Positions 15,932-25,054 of a DNA stretch of 32,000 bases are shown in pieces; position 1 is the first letter of the stretch, and each line of letters begins with the position of its first letter. The translations under genes were made by a program, and so were the position numbers. This DNA comes from Ignicoccus islandicus DSM 13165 (GTDB lineage: Archaea; Thermoproteota; Thermoprotei_A; Sulfolobales; Ignicoccaceae). Below the pieces are notes generated by a model, which was given only the letters and a program-made list of their open reading frames with translations, did no database searches and had not been told where the DNA came from. Where the stretch lies: assembly GCF_001481685.1 (NCBI RefSeq), contig NZ_CP006867.1:1350001-1382000 (forward strand), read 5' to 3'.

Positions 15932-17623
15932 TTACTTGTTTGTTAGTTGTAATAATGTATATACATGCATTGCTGAGAGTTCGTAAAACAGCACGGAACT
16001 CGCAGGATCTGATGAAGATAACTTGCGTGCCGAATACTGGTATATCTCAGCGATTACAGGATTTAATTTATTGGATTTCGCAAGAGATAATGCTATTCCG
16101 GAGGCGTATTCACTTTTCTTAAGAACGTTTTCTAAACTAATTGAGTAGTTGACGTGAAGTTCGTAAGTAAGGATAGCATTCAAGTACATGCCAGCAGCCA
16201 TCTTTTGAAGAGGGCCTTCGGATGATGCTAGTTTATATATCCCTATGGCCTCTTCACCGCTTCTGTCTAAGTTTATGTTCATTGCAAGTATGTAGGCCAG
16301 AATAGTATTAGCAGAAGAATAGACCGCTTCAGCAGTCTTGGTGAACCTTCCTTTATCTATACTCTCACCTTTACTGAAAACGTTGGCTAGTTGTAACCAC
16401 GTTCGTGTTGCAAGAGCGTAGTATTTAGAGTATATTAGATACTGAAGTATGTCGTTTAGTTCCGTTGAATTGAGTGCTTCGTGATAGTAATACTTTGCAC
16501 GTAAGTACCTATTTGCTGACGTGAGAAGTATATCTATATGGTTAGAATCAAAGTATTCATAACTATATTGGTTAAGTAACCCTCTAACCTCTTTTAAGAG
16601 ACTCTCTACGTTGTCTGCCAATTCTATTAAGCTCTTAAATCCATTTAGAACCATCTTCTCATACCAGTAGGCAGTTTCAGCTCTTATTGCGGCAGTGAAC
16701 GCGTAGTTTACCGAACTATACACATCAGTAGATCTCAGTTCATCCGCTTTCTCTGCAGCAGTTCTCGCTTGATCTATTAGTTCAACGCTTACATGCGTGA
16801 GGCCTTTAACAGACCTTTCATATTTTCTATACATAGATAGATAGTAATCAACCCAATTCGTCATAACGTCTCTTACCTCCTTTGGCAATTCGCTTACCAG
16901 TAAGGGTCGAGGTACTATTGGAGGATTGTTTAGCCAGTATCTTAGTGCTTCGAATATTGTTTTCACGGGAACTACTTTAACTCCTAATTTCTTACCAAAG
17001 TCTATTAAGTTAACTTCTTCAGACTTTATCGTTTTGATTACCCCGAAAGGTGAATTAATGGTAGTGGCTCTACTGATTGTAGCGTTTTCTTCACCGAATG
17101 GTAAGAGGAATACCGTATAACCTTTCTCTGCAGCAGCTTGTAGTTTATAATACGTGCCTCCAACGGGCCCTATCGTTCCGTCTGGACTTATCGTACCTGT
17201 GCCAGCTACGTTAGTCTTCGGTTTTTGGTTAGTTAACGCTGCGTAAACAGCTACCGTCATTGCCATGCCGGCACTCGGTCCGCCTACGATTACGCTAGGA
17301 GTCTTGAAGCGAAAGAAGAAGTCATACTTAGTCCAATCCTTCTTTGCTATTGCGGAAGCCACCAGAACAGCTATTCTTGCTATACCCTGGGTGTCCACTT
17401 GGGTTAAAGGTTCCGAAGATACGTAGATAGAACCGGATCCCGGATATGCTACTACTACTGTTAAGTTTCCGACCACACCTTCCATTCCGTTCTCAGTGAA
17501 AGTTACACCGATTACTGGAACAGTTACAGTAGAAGCCTTTTCGTAACACTTACTAAATGCATAGGCGCTACCACTTGCGAGAAGAATCAAAACGAGTGAA
17601 ATTGTAAGCGACTTGATACTCAA
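15932..17623 (-). CDS. secreted or membrane-anchored Lon-like serine protease (S16 domain) with a long C-terminal helical domain
   Basis: N-terminal signal-like segment SLVLILLASGSAYA. S16 catalytic Ser motif VIVGGPSAGMAMTVAVYAAL and Lys motif GPVGGTYYKLQAAAEKG. About 330 further residues are rich in predicted helices, Tyr and Ala. No AAA+ domain. Confidence 0.75.
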   Translation of the reverse strand: MSIKSLTISLVLILLASGSAYAFSKCYEKASTVTVPVIGVTFTENGMEGVVGNLTVVVAYPGSGSIYVSSEPLTQVDTQGIARIAVLVASAIAKKDWTKYDFFFRFKTPSVIVGGPSAGMAMTVAVYAALTNQKPKTNVAGTGTISPDGTIGPVGGTYYKLQAAAEKGYTVFLLPFGEENATISRATTINSPFGVIKTIKSEEVNLIDFGKKLGVKVVPVKTIFEALRYWLNNPPIVPRPLLVSELPKEVRDVMTNWVDYYLSMYRKYERSVKGLTHVSVELIDQARTAAEKADELRSTDVYSSVNYAFTAAIRAETAYWYEKMVLNGFKSLIELADNVESLLKEVRGLLNQYSYEYFDSNHIDILLTSANRYLRAKYYYHEALNSTELNDILQYLIYSKYYALATRTWLQLANVFSKGESIDKGRFTKTAEAVYSSANTILAYILAMNINLDRSGEEAIGIYKLASSEGPLQKMAAGMYLNAILTYELHVNYSISLENVLKKSEYASGIALSLAKSNKLNPVIAEIYQYSARKLSSSDPASSVLFYELSAMHVYTLLQLTNK

Positions 17624-17674
17624 CCTCCGACACGCCCAGACTCTTCAGATTATCTAAGCGATTAAAGTTTGGTA

Positions 17675-18991
17675 TTAGTCTCCTATCAGCCCATTTAAGA
17701 TTGTCCTTAGTTGGGTCAAGTCCTTCGCGAAAATCCTAATCATTGCTTCCTTCCCATAGAAACCTCTATCGTAAATTACTTGGGGTATTTCGTTATACTT
17801 GTTATAGACGTACTCTACAAGCCATTTCATAGTCTTCATTCCACGTTGTTGAAGGGATCTATCAATCTCAACTACTTTTAACCCCATCTCTCTTAATCTT
17901 TGGACATTCTCTTCCGAGTATTTTATATTAATTGCAACTTTGTAATCGCTATATTTCATGGCATTAACGAGAAGGCGAGCTAAATGGTTTGAACCACCCC
18001 ACCACGGACAGTCGCATTTCCTTAAACCTCTCGGAGTCAAATGAAGCCGACCAGGTACACCTATTACTGTAGACACACCCCGGGATACTTCTTTTGGAAT
18101 AGAACAAGCTACATTCAAACCTACCTCTGGCGCAATCTTCTTGGCCTTTTCAAAGGGCAGAGATTCAAGCCACTTTATGAAAGCTCTATACTCTTCGTGA
18201 CATTCAAATCTATAGTAAGCTAACCTAAAACTGGTCAAAACGTCGCCTACGTATCCACCATCTAAGCTTTTCACGAATCGGTGTACCACTCTCGTATAAC
18301 CTATAGAGTACCTTGCTGAAGTTATTGGGTCTTTGCCAGAGGCAAGTAAGCTCGTTAGTGATGCTGCTAAGATGCTTCCGGAACCGTGAATGTTAATTGG
18401 TATTCGTTTACCTTTCATTATTAGTTCTTTTCCATTCCATCTAACGTAGTCGATAATATATTCCTCGTCTGTTCCGAAATGTCCGCCTGTAATTATCACT
18501 AGTTCTGGACCCAACTTCTGGAGTTCTTCAGCCGACCACCTTATGTCTTCTATCGAGCGAATTTTAATACCTAGGATTCTCTCCACTTCTTTTATATTAG
18601 GTGTAACTGCGTAAGACCTCTTTAGGAGTTCAAGTAGACTATTCAGCCTTCCAGTATACAATTTGCCACCAGCAGACGCTTCTAGAACTGGATCAAGAAC
18701 GACCTTCGATCTAAATTCATCAACTAGGTTAGCAAGCGTATCAGCAATTGCCTCATTACATAGAGCTCCGACTTTCCATGTATCTACCTTTTCTAGATAG
18801 TTTTCCATTTGGGCTAGTAAAACTTCCTTATTAACACACGTTCCTCCAGCGAACATAGAAGTAGTTTGAAAAGTTATCATTGTAACAATTGGATGGAAAT
18901 GAACATTGAAAACCTCTCCAACTTTCACATCGGTCTCTATACCGGCTCCAGCCGACGGATCAAGGCCACCAATGGTAAGTGCTCTTCTCAA
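17675..18991 (-). CDS. thiDN: bifunctional ThiD (HMP/HMP-P kinase) / ThiN (thiamine-phosphate synthase) protein
   Basis: The N-terminal LTIGGLDPSAGAGIETD and GHFG motifs indicate ThiD. The C-terminal region of about 170 aa has the size and position of ThiN in archaeal ThiDN fusions. TTG start with GGTGAG 5 nt upstream. Confidence 0.8.
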   Translation of the reverse strand: MRRALTIGGLDPSAGAGIETDVKVGEVFNVHFHPIVTMITFQTTSMFAGGTCVNKEVLLAQMENYLEKVDTWKVGALCNEAIADTLANLVDEFRSKVVLDPVLEASAGGKLYTGRLNSLLELLKRSYAVTPNIKEVERILGIKIRSIEDIRWSAEELQKLGPELVIITGGHFGTDEEYIIDYVRWNGKELIMKGKRIPINIHGSGSILAASLTSLLASGKDPITSARYSIGYTRVVHRFVKSLDGGYVGDVLTSFRLAYYRFECHEEYRAFIKWLESLPFEKAKKIAPEVGLNVACSIPKEVSRGVSTVIGVPGRLHLTPRGLRKCDCPWWGGSNHLARLLVNAMKYSDYKVAINIKYSEENVQRLREMGLKVVEIDRSLQQRGMKTMKWLVEYVYNKYNEIPQVIYDRGFYGKEAMIRIFAKDLTQLRTILNGLIGD

Positions 18992-19026
18992 TATAACTCA
19001 CCAGATAGCCGTGGGGTGTTAGAATA

Positions 19027-19866
19027 ATGAATTTTAGAAAGTATCCAGTGAAAGGGAGCAAAGTTTGTTTGAAGAGCAATAAAATAGCAGTTCTGCGACG
19101 AGAAGGTGGTCTTGCAATTATTGATGTTAATAGCAATAGCGTTAGGTTAATAGGAGGTTTCTTCGTATTCAAGGACTTTGCATGGGGGACGAACCGAATT
19201 GCTGCTTTAACTCATAACGTAGCGATGCTATATGATCACGATGGAACCCTTTATAAAGTAATTAAGTTCGACAGTGAGGCGTCAACTGTTGCATACCTAA
19301 ATAATTTCTATTTAGTTGGTACAACTGATGGTAACTTAGTTAAATTCAATGAAGACGGACAAGTTATCTGGAAGAAGAAAATATGGGATGGTAGCATAGA
19401 TAGAATAGATCTAACGCAGAGTGGATACATCATAGTGGTCGCATCTTCAACAAATATGGTTCTACTTAATCAAAATGGGGATGTGATTACAACTCATAGT
19501 TACCAATGGGATCTAACTAGAGTTGCTTGGACCAGTGATTTGAGCTTCCTAGCGGTGCCTGTTCAAAACTATGTTATTATATATAGATGGGATGAGAAAC
19601 AAGGGTACGTTAAGGACAAGGAAATTAGAGTAAATAGCGTTAGGAAGCTCAAGTGGTGTGAAAATAAACTTGCCATTGCTGATTACAAGGAATTTCTTGT
19701 CCTTGAGTACTCTAAATCATCTATATCGTTGCGTCTAAGGCTTGAGGTTATAGACTTCAGTTGGAATGAAGAATGTAGAGATCTAACCTTACTATCCCCA
19801 AATTACCTCTACTACTTGAAAGACGTAAATTCAATTGCAACAAGTATATCATCTTCATCAGCGTAA
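19027..19866 (+). CDS. beta-propeller repeat protein (about six blades), function unknown
   Basis: About six recurring units of roughly 40 aa, each with hydrophobic strand pairs and D/N-G turns (for example LVGTTDGNLVKFNEDGQVIW and IIVVASSTNMVLLNQNGDVI). GGGGTG lies 8 nt upstream of the ATG. Confidence 0.55.
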   Translation: MNFRKYPVKGSKVCLKSNKIAVLRREGGLAIIDVNSNSVRLIGGFFVFKDFAWGTNRIAALTHNVAMLYDHDGTLYKVIKFDSEASTVAYLNNFYLVGTTDGNLVKFNEDGQVIWKKKIWDGSIDRIDLTQSGYIIVVASSTNMVLLNQNGDVITTHSYQWDLTRVAWTSDLSFLAVPVQNYVIIYRWDEKQGYVKDKEIRVNSVRKLKWCENKLAIADYKEFLVLEYSKSSISLRLRLEVIDFSWNEECRDLTLLSPNYLYYLKDVNSIATSISSSSA

Positions 19867-20924
19867 TCACTTGGTCTTACGGGTTCAACTTCATTTAAGT
19901 TTACGATCTTTGCTATTATGTGGACATATCTCTTATTAAGCTTTGAAAGTCTTTCTGAGAGTTCAATGACGTTGATTGGAACCTTTCGGCCTATAGGGAT
20001 AAATTTATTACCTATTTGTGCGAAAGTCATTCCAAATGGTCCACGCTTTAGCTTTATTTCAATGAGATTAGGTTTACCCTCGGAAAGGGCTGAAAGGAAC
20101 ACAGCCGAAATGGGGTCTTCAAACGATTCCAAGAATAACTTACTTATGTTACTGGATGGTACAATTACATCAATTGATAGTAGTTCGCTCAATATTCTAT
20201 ATCCCCTCTTGGAGTAAGCTAACGCTAAAACTGTTGGTGGGAAAAGCCTCCTCATTTCATAGCTCTTTACTATCAGAGCTATACTGACGCTCTCGTCATC
20301 GTCTTTACCACATATTATAATTTTCTTGCAATTATCGATGTCTCCTCTACGATAAGTTTCTAAGAGGGTTAGCTTTCCCTTTATAACAACTATTTTATAG
20401 GATCTTGCCAAAGCTATTAGTTTCTCATCCGTATCCAAGGAAGCAATCCAAACTACTCTGCTCCTTCCGGAGAGTTCCTTTAACCTTTTAGCTAACTCGA
20501 CACAAGAAGGCGACGAACCTACGACTAATACATCGCTTCCCTTTACTTTACCACCTCCCTCTCTCTCAATGATGGTCCTAGTAATCATCTCATGCGAGAT
20601 CAGACTGACTATTGCGCTTATACTCATGAAACCGACTATTGCTAATGCCATTGCTATTAACTTTCCAATAAAAGTAGCCGGTACAATATCTCCGTAGCCT
20701 ACGGTCGTCACTGTTATTATAGCCCAATATATTGCTTTAAACATAGATAATGATTCTACATGTGAGAATAGTATGCTTATTATTGTGATAGTGAGTATTA
20801 GTGCTAGTGTAAGGAGGATTGGTGCCTTACTCAGAGCAGTTGAATAGAACCATATCACTGATAGCCTAGTAATCTCATAGTACTTTCGTATTATGTATAC
20901 TAGATTTTTAACTCTCCTTCTCAA
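19812..20924 (-). CDS. potassium channel, 2TM pore plus RCK/TrkA-like cytoplasmic domain
   Basis: K+ selectivity filter TVTTVGYGD between two TM helices, followed by a Rossmann-like VLVVGSSPSCVELAKRL. 370 aa, TTG start. Confidence 0.85.
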   Translation of the reverse strand: MRRRVKNLVYIIRKYYEITRLSVIWFYSTALSKAPILLTLALILTITIISILFSHVESLSMFKAIYWAIITVTTVGYGDIVPATFIGKLIAMALAIVGFMSISAIVSLISHEMITRTIIEREGGGKVKGSDVLVVGSSPSCVELAKRLKELSGRSRVVWIASLDTDEKLIALARSYKIVVIKGKLTLLETYRRGDIDNCKKIIICGKDDDESVSIALIVKSYEMRRLFPPTVLALAYSKRGYRILSELLSIDVIVPSSNISKLFLESFEDPISAVFLSALSEGKPNLIEIKLKRGPFGMTFAQIGNKFIPIGRKVPINVIELSERLSKLNKRYVHIIAKIVNLNEVEPVRPSDYADEDDILVAIEFTSFK

Positions 20925-20965
20925 TCGCTATCGGAAGGACCTCCGGGGAAGGATAGTTAAACGTT

Positions 20966-21022
20966 TCGCGATGATGAAGGTTAAAAGCTGTGAACGATGA
21001 TCGAGGGCCAAGCACTGAGCGG
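20966..21022 (+). ncRNA. candidate box C/D sRNA
   Basis: Layout: C box ATGATGA 20971-20977, 12-nt guide, D' GTGA 20990-20993, 3-nt spacer, C' ATGATCG 20997-21003, 11-nt guide, D CTGA 21015-21018. A 4-bp terminal stem TCGC/GCGG has a one-nt G spacer. It sits in a GC-rich island 70 nt upstream of aIF5B. Confidence 0.6.
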
Positions 21023-21090
21023 TAAAGTTACGAACCTACACTTATAACTAATGTCATCAATGAACCCAAAGGTAGTGAGGTGAGACTGAA

Positions 21091-22893
21091 ATGAGCGAGA
21101 AGAGACTAAGGCAACCTATAGTCGCCGTCTTGGGACACGTCGACCACGGCAAGACTACTCTCTTAGACCGCATTCGAGGTACCACAGTTGCTATGAAAGA
21201 ACCAGGCAAAATAACTCAGCACGTAGGCGCCAGTCTAGTACCTACGGAAGTTATTGAAAAAGTCACGGAACCCCTTAAGAAACTAATACCAACCGTAAAA
21301 TTAGAACTACCTGGCCTCTTGTTTATCGACACTCCGGGTCACAGTATATTTAGTAACTTAAGGAAGAGAGGAGGAGCAGTAGCAGATTTAGCAATACTCG
21401 TGGTCGACGTGATGGAGGGCTTCCAACCACAAACGATTGAAGCAGTAGAGATATTAAAGCAAAGAAAAGTCCCGTTCATTGTTGCAGCTAATAAAATAGA
21501 TAAGATACCTGGTTGGAAGAGTATTGAAAACGTGCCTTTCCTAGTAAGCGTGAGGCATCAGGATAAATCCGTTGTTGAATATCTAGATAATAGGATATAT
21601 GAGATAATGGGAAGTTTGGCTGAATTAGGTTTCGATAGCGATAGATTCGATAGAGTTAAGGATTACACTAGGCAATTAGCCATAGTTCCAGTATCTGCTA
21701 AGACAGGCGAAGGTATACCGGAACTTCTAGCGCTTCTCGCGGGTCTAGCACAGAGGTATATGAAGGGACGTCTAAAGTACGTTGAAGGACCAGCTAAAGG
21801 CGTAGTAATGGAAGTAAAGGAGGAGCCCGGTTACGGAACAACTCTAGATACAATAATTTACGATGGGATAATACGTCAAGGTGACGTTATTGTAGTTGGG
21901 AGCTTAGAAGGGCCAATTGTAACTAAGGTCAGAGCTCTGTTATTACCTGAACCTCTACAAGAGATTAGAGCAACTAAGAAATTTAGAGTTGTGGACGAGG
22001 TTTCAGCAGCTGCAGGAGTTAAAATAGTGGCGCCAAACTTGGAGAATGCAGTAGCTGGTGCGCCGGTATTTGTAGTTTCTGACGAGAGTCAATTAGAGAA
22101 GGTTAAGGAGGAGGTTATGAAAGAAATAGAAGATGTCCTTATCGAAACCGATAAGGAAGGCGTTGTTGTGAAAGCAGACACGTTAGGGACCCTTGAAGCC
22201 CTAGTCCAATTCTTGAAGTCTAAGGACATACCCGTGAGAATGGCGAAAGTGGGTCCAGTTACTAAAAGGGATGTGATGGAAGCAATGGTTTCGAAAAGAA
22301 TGAATAAAGAGTATGGTGTTATATTAGCATTTAATGTGAAAGTATTGCCCGAAGCGAAAGAACTTGCAGAGAAAGAAGATATTAAGATCTTCGTACATGA
22401 TGTAATCTATAAGTTAATAGAAGACTTCGAGAATTGGGTCAAAGAACTACGAGAACAAGAAAAGAGAAAGGAGTTGGAGCAATTAGTTCGACCAGGAAAA
22501 TTGAGGATCCTACCTGGGTTTGTGTTCAGAAGGAGCGATCCCGTCATTGTTGGTATTGAAGTCTTAGGAGGAACTCTAATGCCGGGTTATCCTCTAATGA
22601 AGGAAAGCGGTGAAAAGGTGGGTAAGATTCTACAAATACAAGATAAAGGCAAATCAGTGAAAGAGGTAAAAGCAGGTCAACAAGTAGCCATCTCTATTAA
22701 AGGACGAGTTATGGTTGGCAGGCACTTATTCGAAGGCGATGTTTTGTATACAGATGTACCTTCGTCCCATGCTAAACTATGGCTCACAAAGTATAAAAAT
22801 GAGCTAAGCGAGGACGAACGCTACGTTTTAAACGAAATAATAAAGATTAAGAGAAAGACGGATCCGCTATATGGTTTAGCCGTTGGAACTTGA
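21091..22893 (+). CDS. infB: translation initiation factor aIF5B (IF2 homolog)
   Basis: GTPase motifs GHVDHGKTTLLD, DTPGH, NKID and SAKTG. 600 aa, no intein-sized insertion. GAGGTGA lies 7 nt upstream of the ATG. Confidence 0.95.
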   Translation: MSEKRLRQPIVAVLGHVDHGKTTLLDRIRGTTVAMKEPGKITQHVGASLVPTEVIEKVTEPLKKLIPTVKLELPGLLFIDTPGHSIFSNLRKRGGAVADLAILVVDVMEGFQPQTIEAVEILKQRKVPFIVAANKIDKIPGWKSIENVPFLVSVRHQDKSVVEYLDNRIYEIMGSLAELGFDSDRFDRVKDYTRQLAIVPVSAKTGEGIPELLALLAGLAQRYMKGRLKYVEGPAKGVVMEVKEEPGYGTTLDTIIYDGIIRQGDVIVVGSLEGPIVTKVRALLLPEPLQEIRATKKFRVVDEVSAAAGVKIVAPNLENAVAGAPVFVVSDESQLEKVKEEVMKEIEDVLIETDKEGVVVKADTLGTLEALVQFLKSKDIPVRMAKVGPVTKRDVMEAMVSKRMNKEYGVILAFNVKVLPEAKELAEKEDIKIFVHDVIYKLIEDFENWVKELREQEKRKELEQLVRPGKLRILPGFVFRRSDPVIVGIEVLGGTLMPGYPLMKESGEKVGKILQIQDKGKSVKEVKAGQQVAISIKGRVMVGRHLFEGDVLYTDVPSSHAKLWLTKYKNELSEDERYVLNEIIKIKRKTDPLYGLAVGT

Positions 22894-22933
22894 ACGTCAT
22901 CACATCATCTTAATAATTATTTTGGAAATCTAA

Positions 22934-22997
22934 CGGGATGACGAATAAGGGAGTCAGGCGAAGTAGATGTGATGTGCATAAACGGAACTTCTGACCG
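22934..22997 (+). ncRNA. candidate box C/D sRNA (weaker internal boxes)
   Basis: C box ATGACGA 22938-22944, possible D' GCGA 22958-22961, C' GTGATGT 22969-22975, D CTGA 22991-22994. A 3-bp terminal stem CGG/CCG has a one-nt G spacer. The second guide would be 15 nt, which is longer than usual. Confidence 0.4.
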
Positions 22998-23060
22998 CGA
23001 TGAAGAAGCTAGAAAGGGGAGAAGGTTAGTATTGGGATGATCGGTGGTCGGGCGCTGAGC
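22997..23060 (+). ncRNA. candidate box C/D sRNA, directly abutting the previous one
   Basis: Layout: C box ATGAAGA 23000-23006, 12-nt guide, D' GAGA 23019-23022, C' ATGATCG 23037-23043, 11-nt guide, D CTGA 23055-23058. The C' sequence and the 11-nt spacing to CTGA-GC match the candidate at 20966-21022. Confidence 0.5.
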
Positions 23061-23068
23061 AAATCTGT

Positions 23069-24088
23069 TCAGAAGGTGGGGGTTCCTCCAGAAGCTTCTA
23101 CTATTCTCCTTACCTTTTCGATTACGTCCACGGAATCTACGAATTCCTTAATGCTACTGGCAGCGTCTTTAATATCTATACCACTCACAACGTGAAGCGC
23201 CAATGAAGCATTTACCAATAAGAACGTAAATTCGGGTTCATTTCCGCTGAGGGCCCTCAGTACCTTTTCCTTGGACTCCTCCACACTCTTAACCCTTAAC
23301 GGATCCAAGGATTCCAAAGGCCTAATGCCGAAATCCTTCACATCAATAACGGTCTTTGTAATATCGCCCTTGTTAACGAGAACAACCTCAGTTGACGCAA
23401 TTGGCGAAACCTCATCTATACCAGGGAAACCATGAATGACTGCTGCTCTTTCAACGTTAAATTGAGTAAGGGCTTCTGAAATTGGTTGCAACATCCACTC
23501 TTCTGCTACTCCAACTACTTGATATCCAGGCGAGGCTGGATTCGAGAGAGGACCAATTAGATTAAATATGGTTCTTATACCAAGTTTCTTTCTAACTGGC
23601 ATCACGTTCTTCATTGCTGGATGATATAGAGGAGCGAAAATGAATGCGAAATTGCTACTATTTAATGCTATCTTAACTTCCTCTGGTGTGAGATTTATTT
23701 TATAACCTAGGCTCTCCAACAAATCGGCACTACCACTGGTTCCGGAAATACTTCTATTGCCATGTTTTACAACTTTGTAACCCATAGCGGCTAGAAGAAG
23801 GGCAGTTGCCGTACTAACATTATATAAAGATGCATTGTCGCCACCAGTACCGGCTGTGTCTAATGCCTCCGGGAATGGACCCACTTTAACCGCCAGATCT
23901 CTCAGTGCTTTAGCAAAGCCTGCTATCTCGGTATATTTTTCTCCCTTACATCTTAATGCAACCAATATCGCCGACTTCAATATATCGTCTATCTCGTTCT
24001 TAGTGATTTTCATTGCTATTTCATACGCTTCCTCGAGAGGGAGATTGTTACCTTTCAAGAGAGTCTCTAGAACTTCTTTAAATTCCAT
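23069..24088 (-). CDS. trpD: anthranilate phosphoribosyltransferase
   Basis: Motifs DTAGTGGDN, KHGNRSISGTSGSADLLESLG and RTIFNLIGPLSNPA. 339 aa. No other trp gene is present in the window. Confidence 0.9.
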   Translation of the reverse strand: MEFKEVLETLLKGNNLPLEEAYEIAMKITKNEIDDILKSAILVALRCKGEKYTEIAGFAKALRDLAVKVGPFPEALDTAGTGGDNASLYNVSTATALLLAAMGYKVVKHGNRSISGTSGSADLLESLGYKINLTPEEVKIALNSSNFAFIFAPLYHPAMKNVMPVRKKLGIRTIFNLIGPLSNPASPGYQVVGVAEEWMLQPISEALTQFNVERAAVIHGFPGIDEVSPIASTEVVLVNKGDITKTVIDVKDFGIRPLESLDPLRVKSVEESKEKVLRALSGNEPEFTFLLVNASLALHVVSGIDIKDAASSIKEFVDSVDVIEKVRRIVEASGGTPTF

Positions 24089-24268
24089 AAGTAAGACCCT
24101 AGGTTGTGGGATAGATTAGCATTTAAAAAATAACTTATGGGTTTATCAAGCCTTGGGTTTACAAACAACCGGTGCATTTGGGCCTTGGTCTTCACAGACA
24201 AGGACTACTTCGCTGGCTTCTTGAGTGGCGCTCATGGCTATCTCCAGAGAGGGTAGATTTAGGAGCCA

Positions 24269-25054
24269 CTATTTAAGTAATGCGTTGAGAAACTCAATTT
24301 GTTCATAGAACTTAATAGGATCGAATTTGTCCGGGGTGTCTTCTAATGAACCTAGCCATTGGCTCCTTCCTCCAACGACAATCCTTCCATTTGAGAAGTC
24401 AAAGACGTTATCTGAAAGACCTAGTCCATCTACTTCGATTATCGAAGAACAATATTGCTCAAATATCTCCATTAAAGATCTTGCCTTAAACCAACGAGGA
24501 ATGAATAGTAAAGTTCTGGACGTACTTGAGTAATAAGAGAATAATATAAGTGAAGTTAGACTATGTCCATAACCATACCATAACGCATCATAGTACGTGA
24601 AGAGACATGTTTCATCGCCCTCTCTAATTAGAATTGGTAGTTTGGTTTCGATTAATTCAGACACAACGTTTGCGAAAAACTCACCCTCCCTTAAACTGCG
24701 TAAAATTTTATTCTTATATTCGACAGCTACTGCTATAGCGGGATTCCACGTAAGGACGTCGACTTTTGGAACAATTTTTCCGGAAAAGTATAATATACCA
24801 CCGTAGCTCTCAACAGGTTTATCTGATATTACATCTATTTTCCCGCTACTCATACCTGAGGGTAAGCACGGTATTCTATTTGGTATATACACATCACATT
24901 TCCAGTCGCTTACGATTCTAACATCAACTTTCTCCACTACAAATTCACTAAATGAATTCCAAAGATACTGCAATCGCAACGATATATGGTCTAGAGGTCT
25001 CATACTGAATGAAACCAACTCCGTGCTCCTTTCAAAGAGCGATTTTAACATCAC
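24269..25054 (-). CDS. hypothetical protein (261 aa) coupled to the hyuB homolog
   Basis: GTG 25054 overlaps the hyuB TAG stop by 1 nt; an alternative ATG at 25051 lies 2 nt after it. No family recognised. Confidence 0.6.
   Translation of the reverse strand: MMLKSLFERSTELVSFSMRPLDHISLRLQYLWNSFSEFVVEKVDVRIVSDWKCDVYIPNRIPCLPSGMSSGKIDVISDKPVESYGGILYFSGKIVPKVDVLTWNPAIAVAVEYKNKILRSLREGEFFANVVSELIETKLPILIREGDETCLFTYYDALWYGYGHSLTSLILFSYYSSTSRTLLFIPRWFKARSLMEIFEQYCSSIIEVDGLGLSDNVFDFSNGRIVVGGRSQWLGSLEDTPDKFDPIKFYEQIEFLNALLK

Noticed and set aside
21091-22893. Intein or large insertion in aIF5B.
   Set aside because: At 600 aa the protein has the normal intein-free length, and the G1-G4 motifs are contiguous with ordinary spacing.
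24146-24235. Trp attenuation-type leader peptide upstream of trpD.
   Set aside because: The 29-codon ORF contains no Trp codons. trpD also has its own TATA-like box downstream of the ORF, so the ORF is unlikely to be a leader of the trpD transcript.
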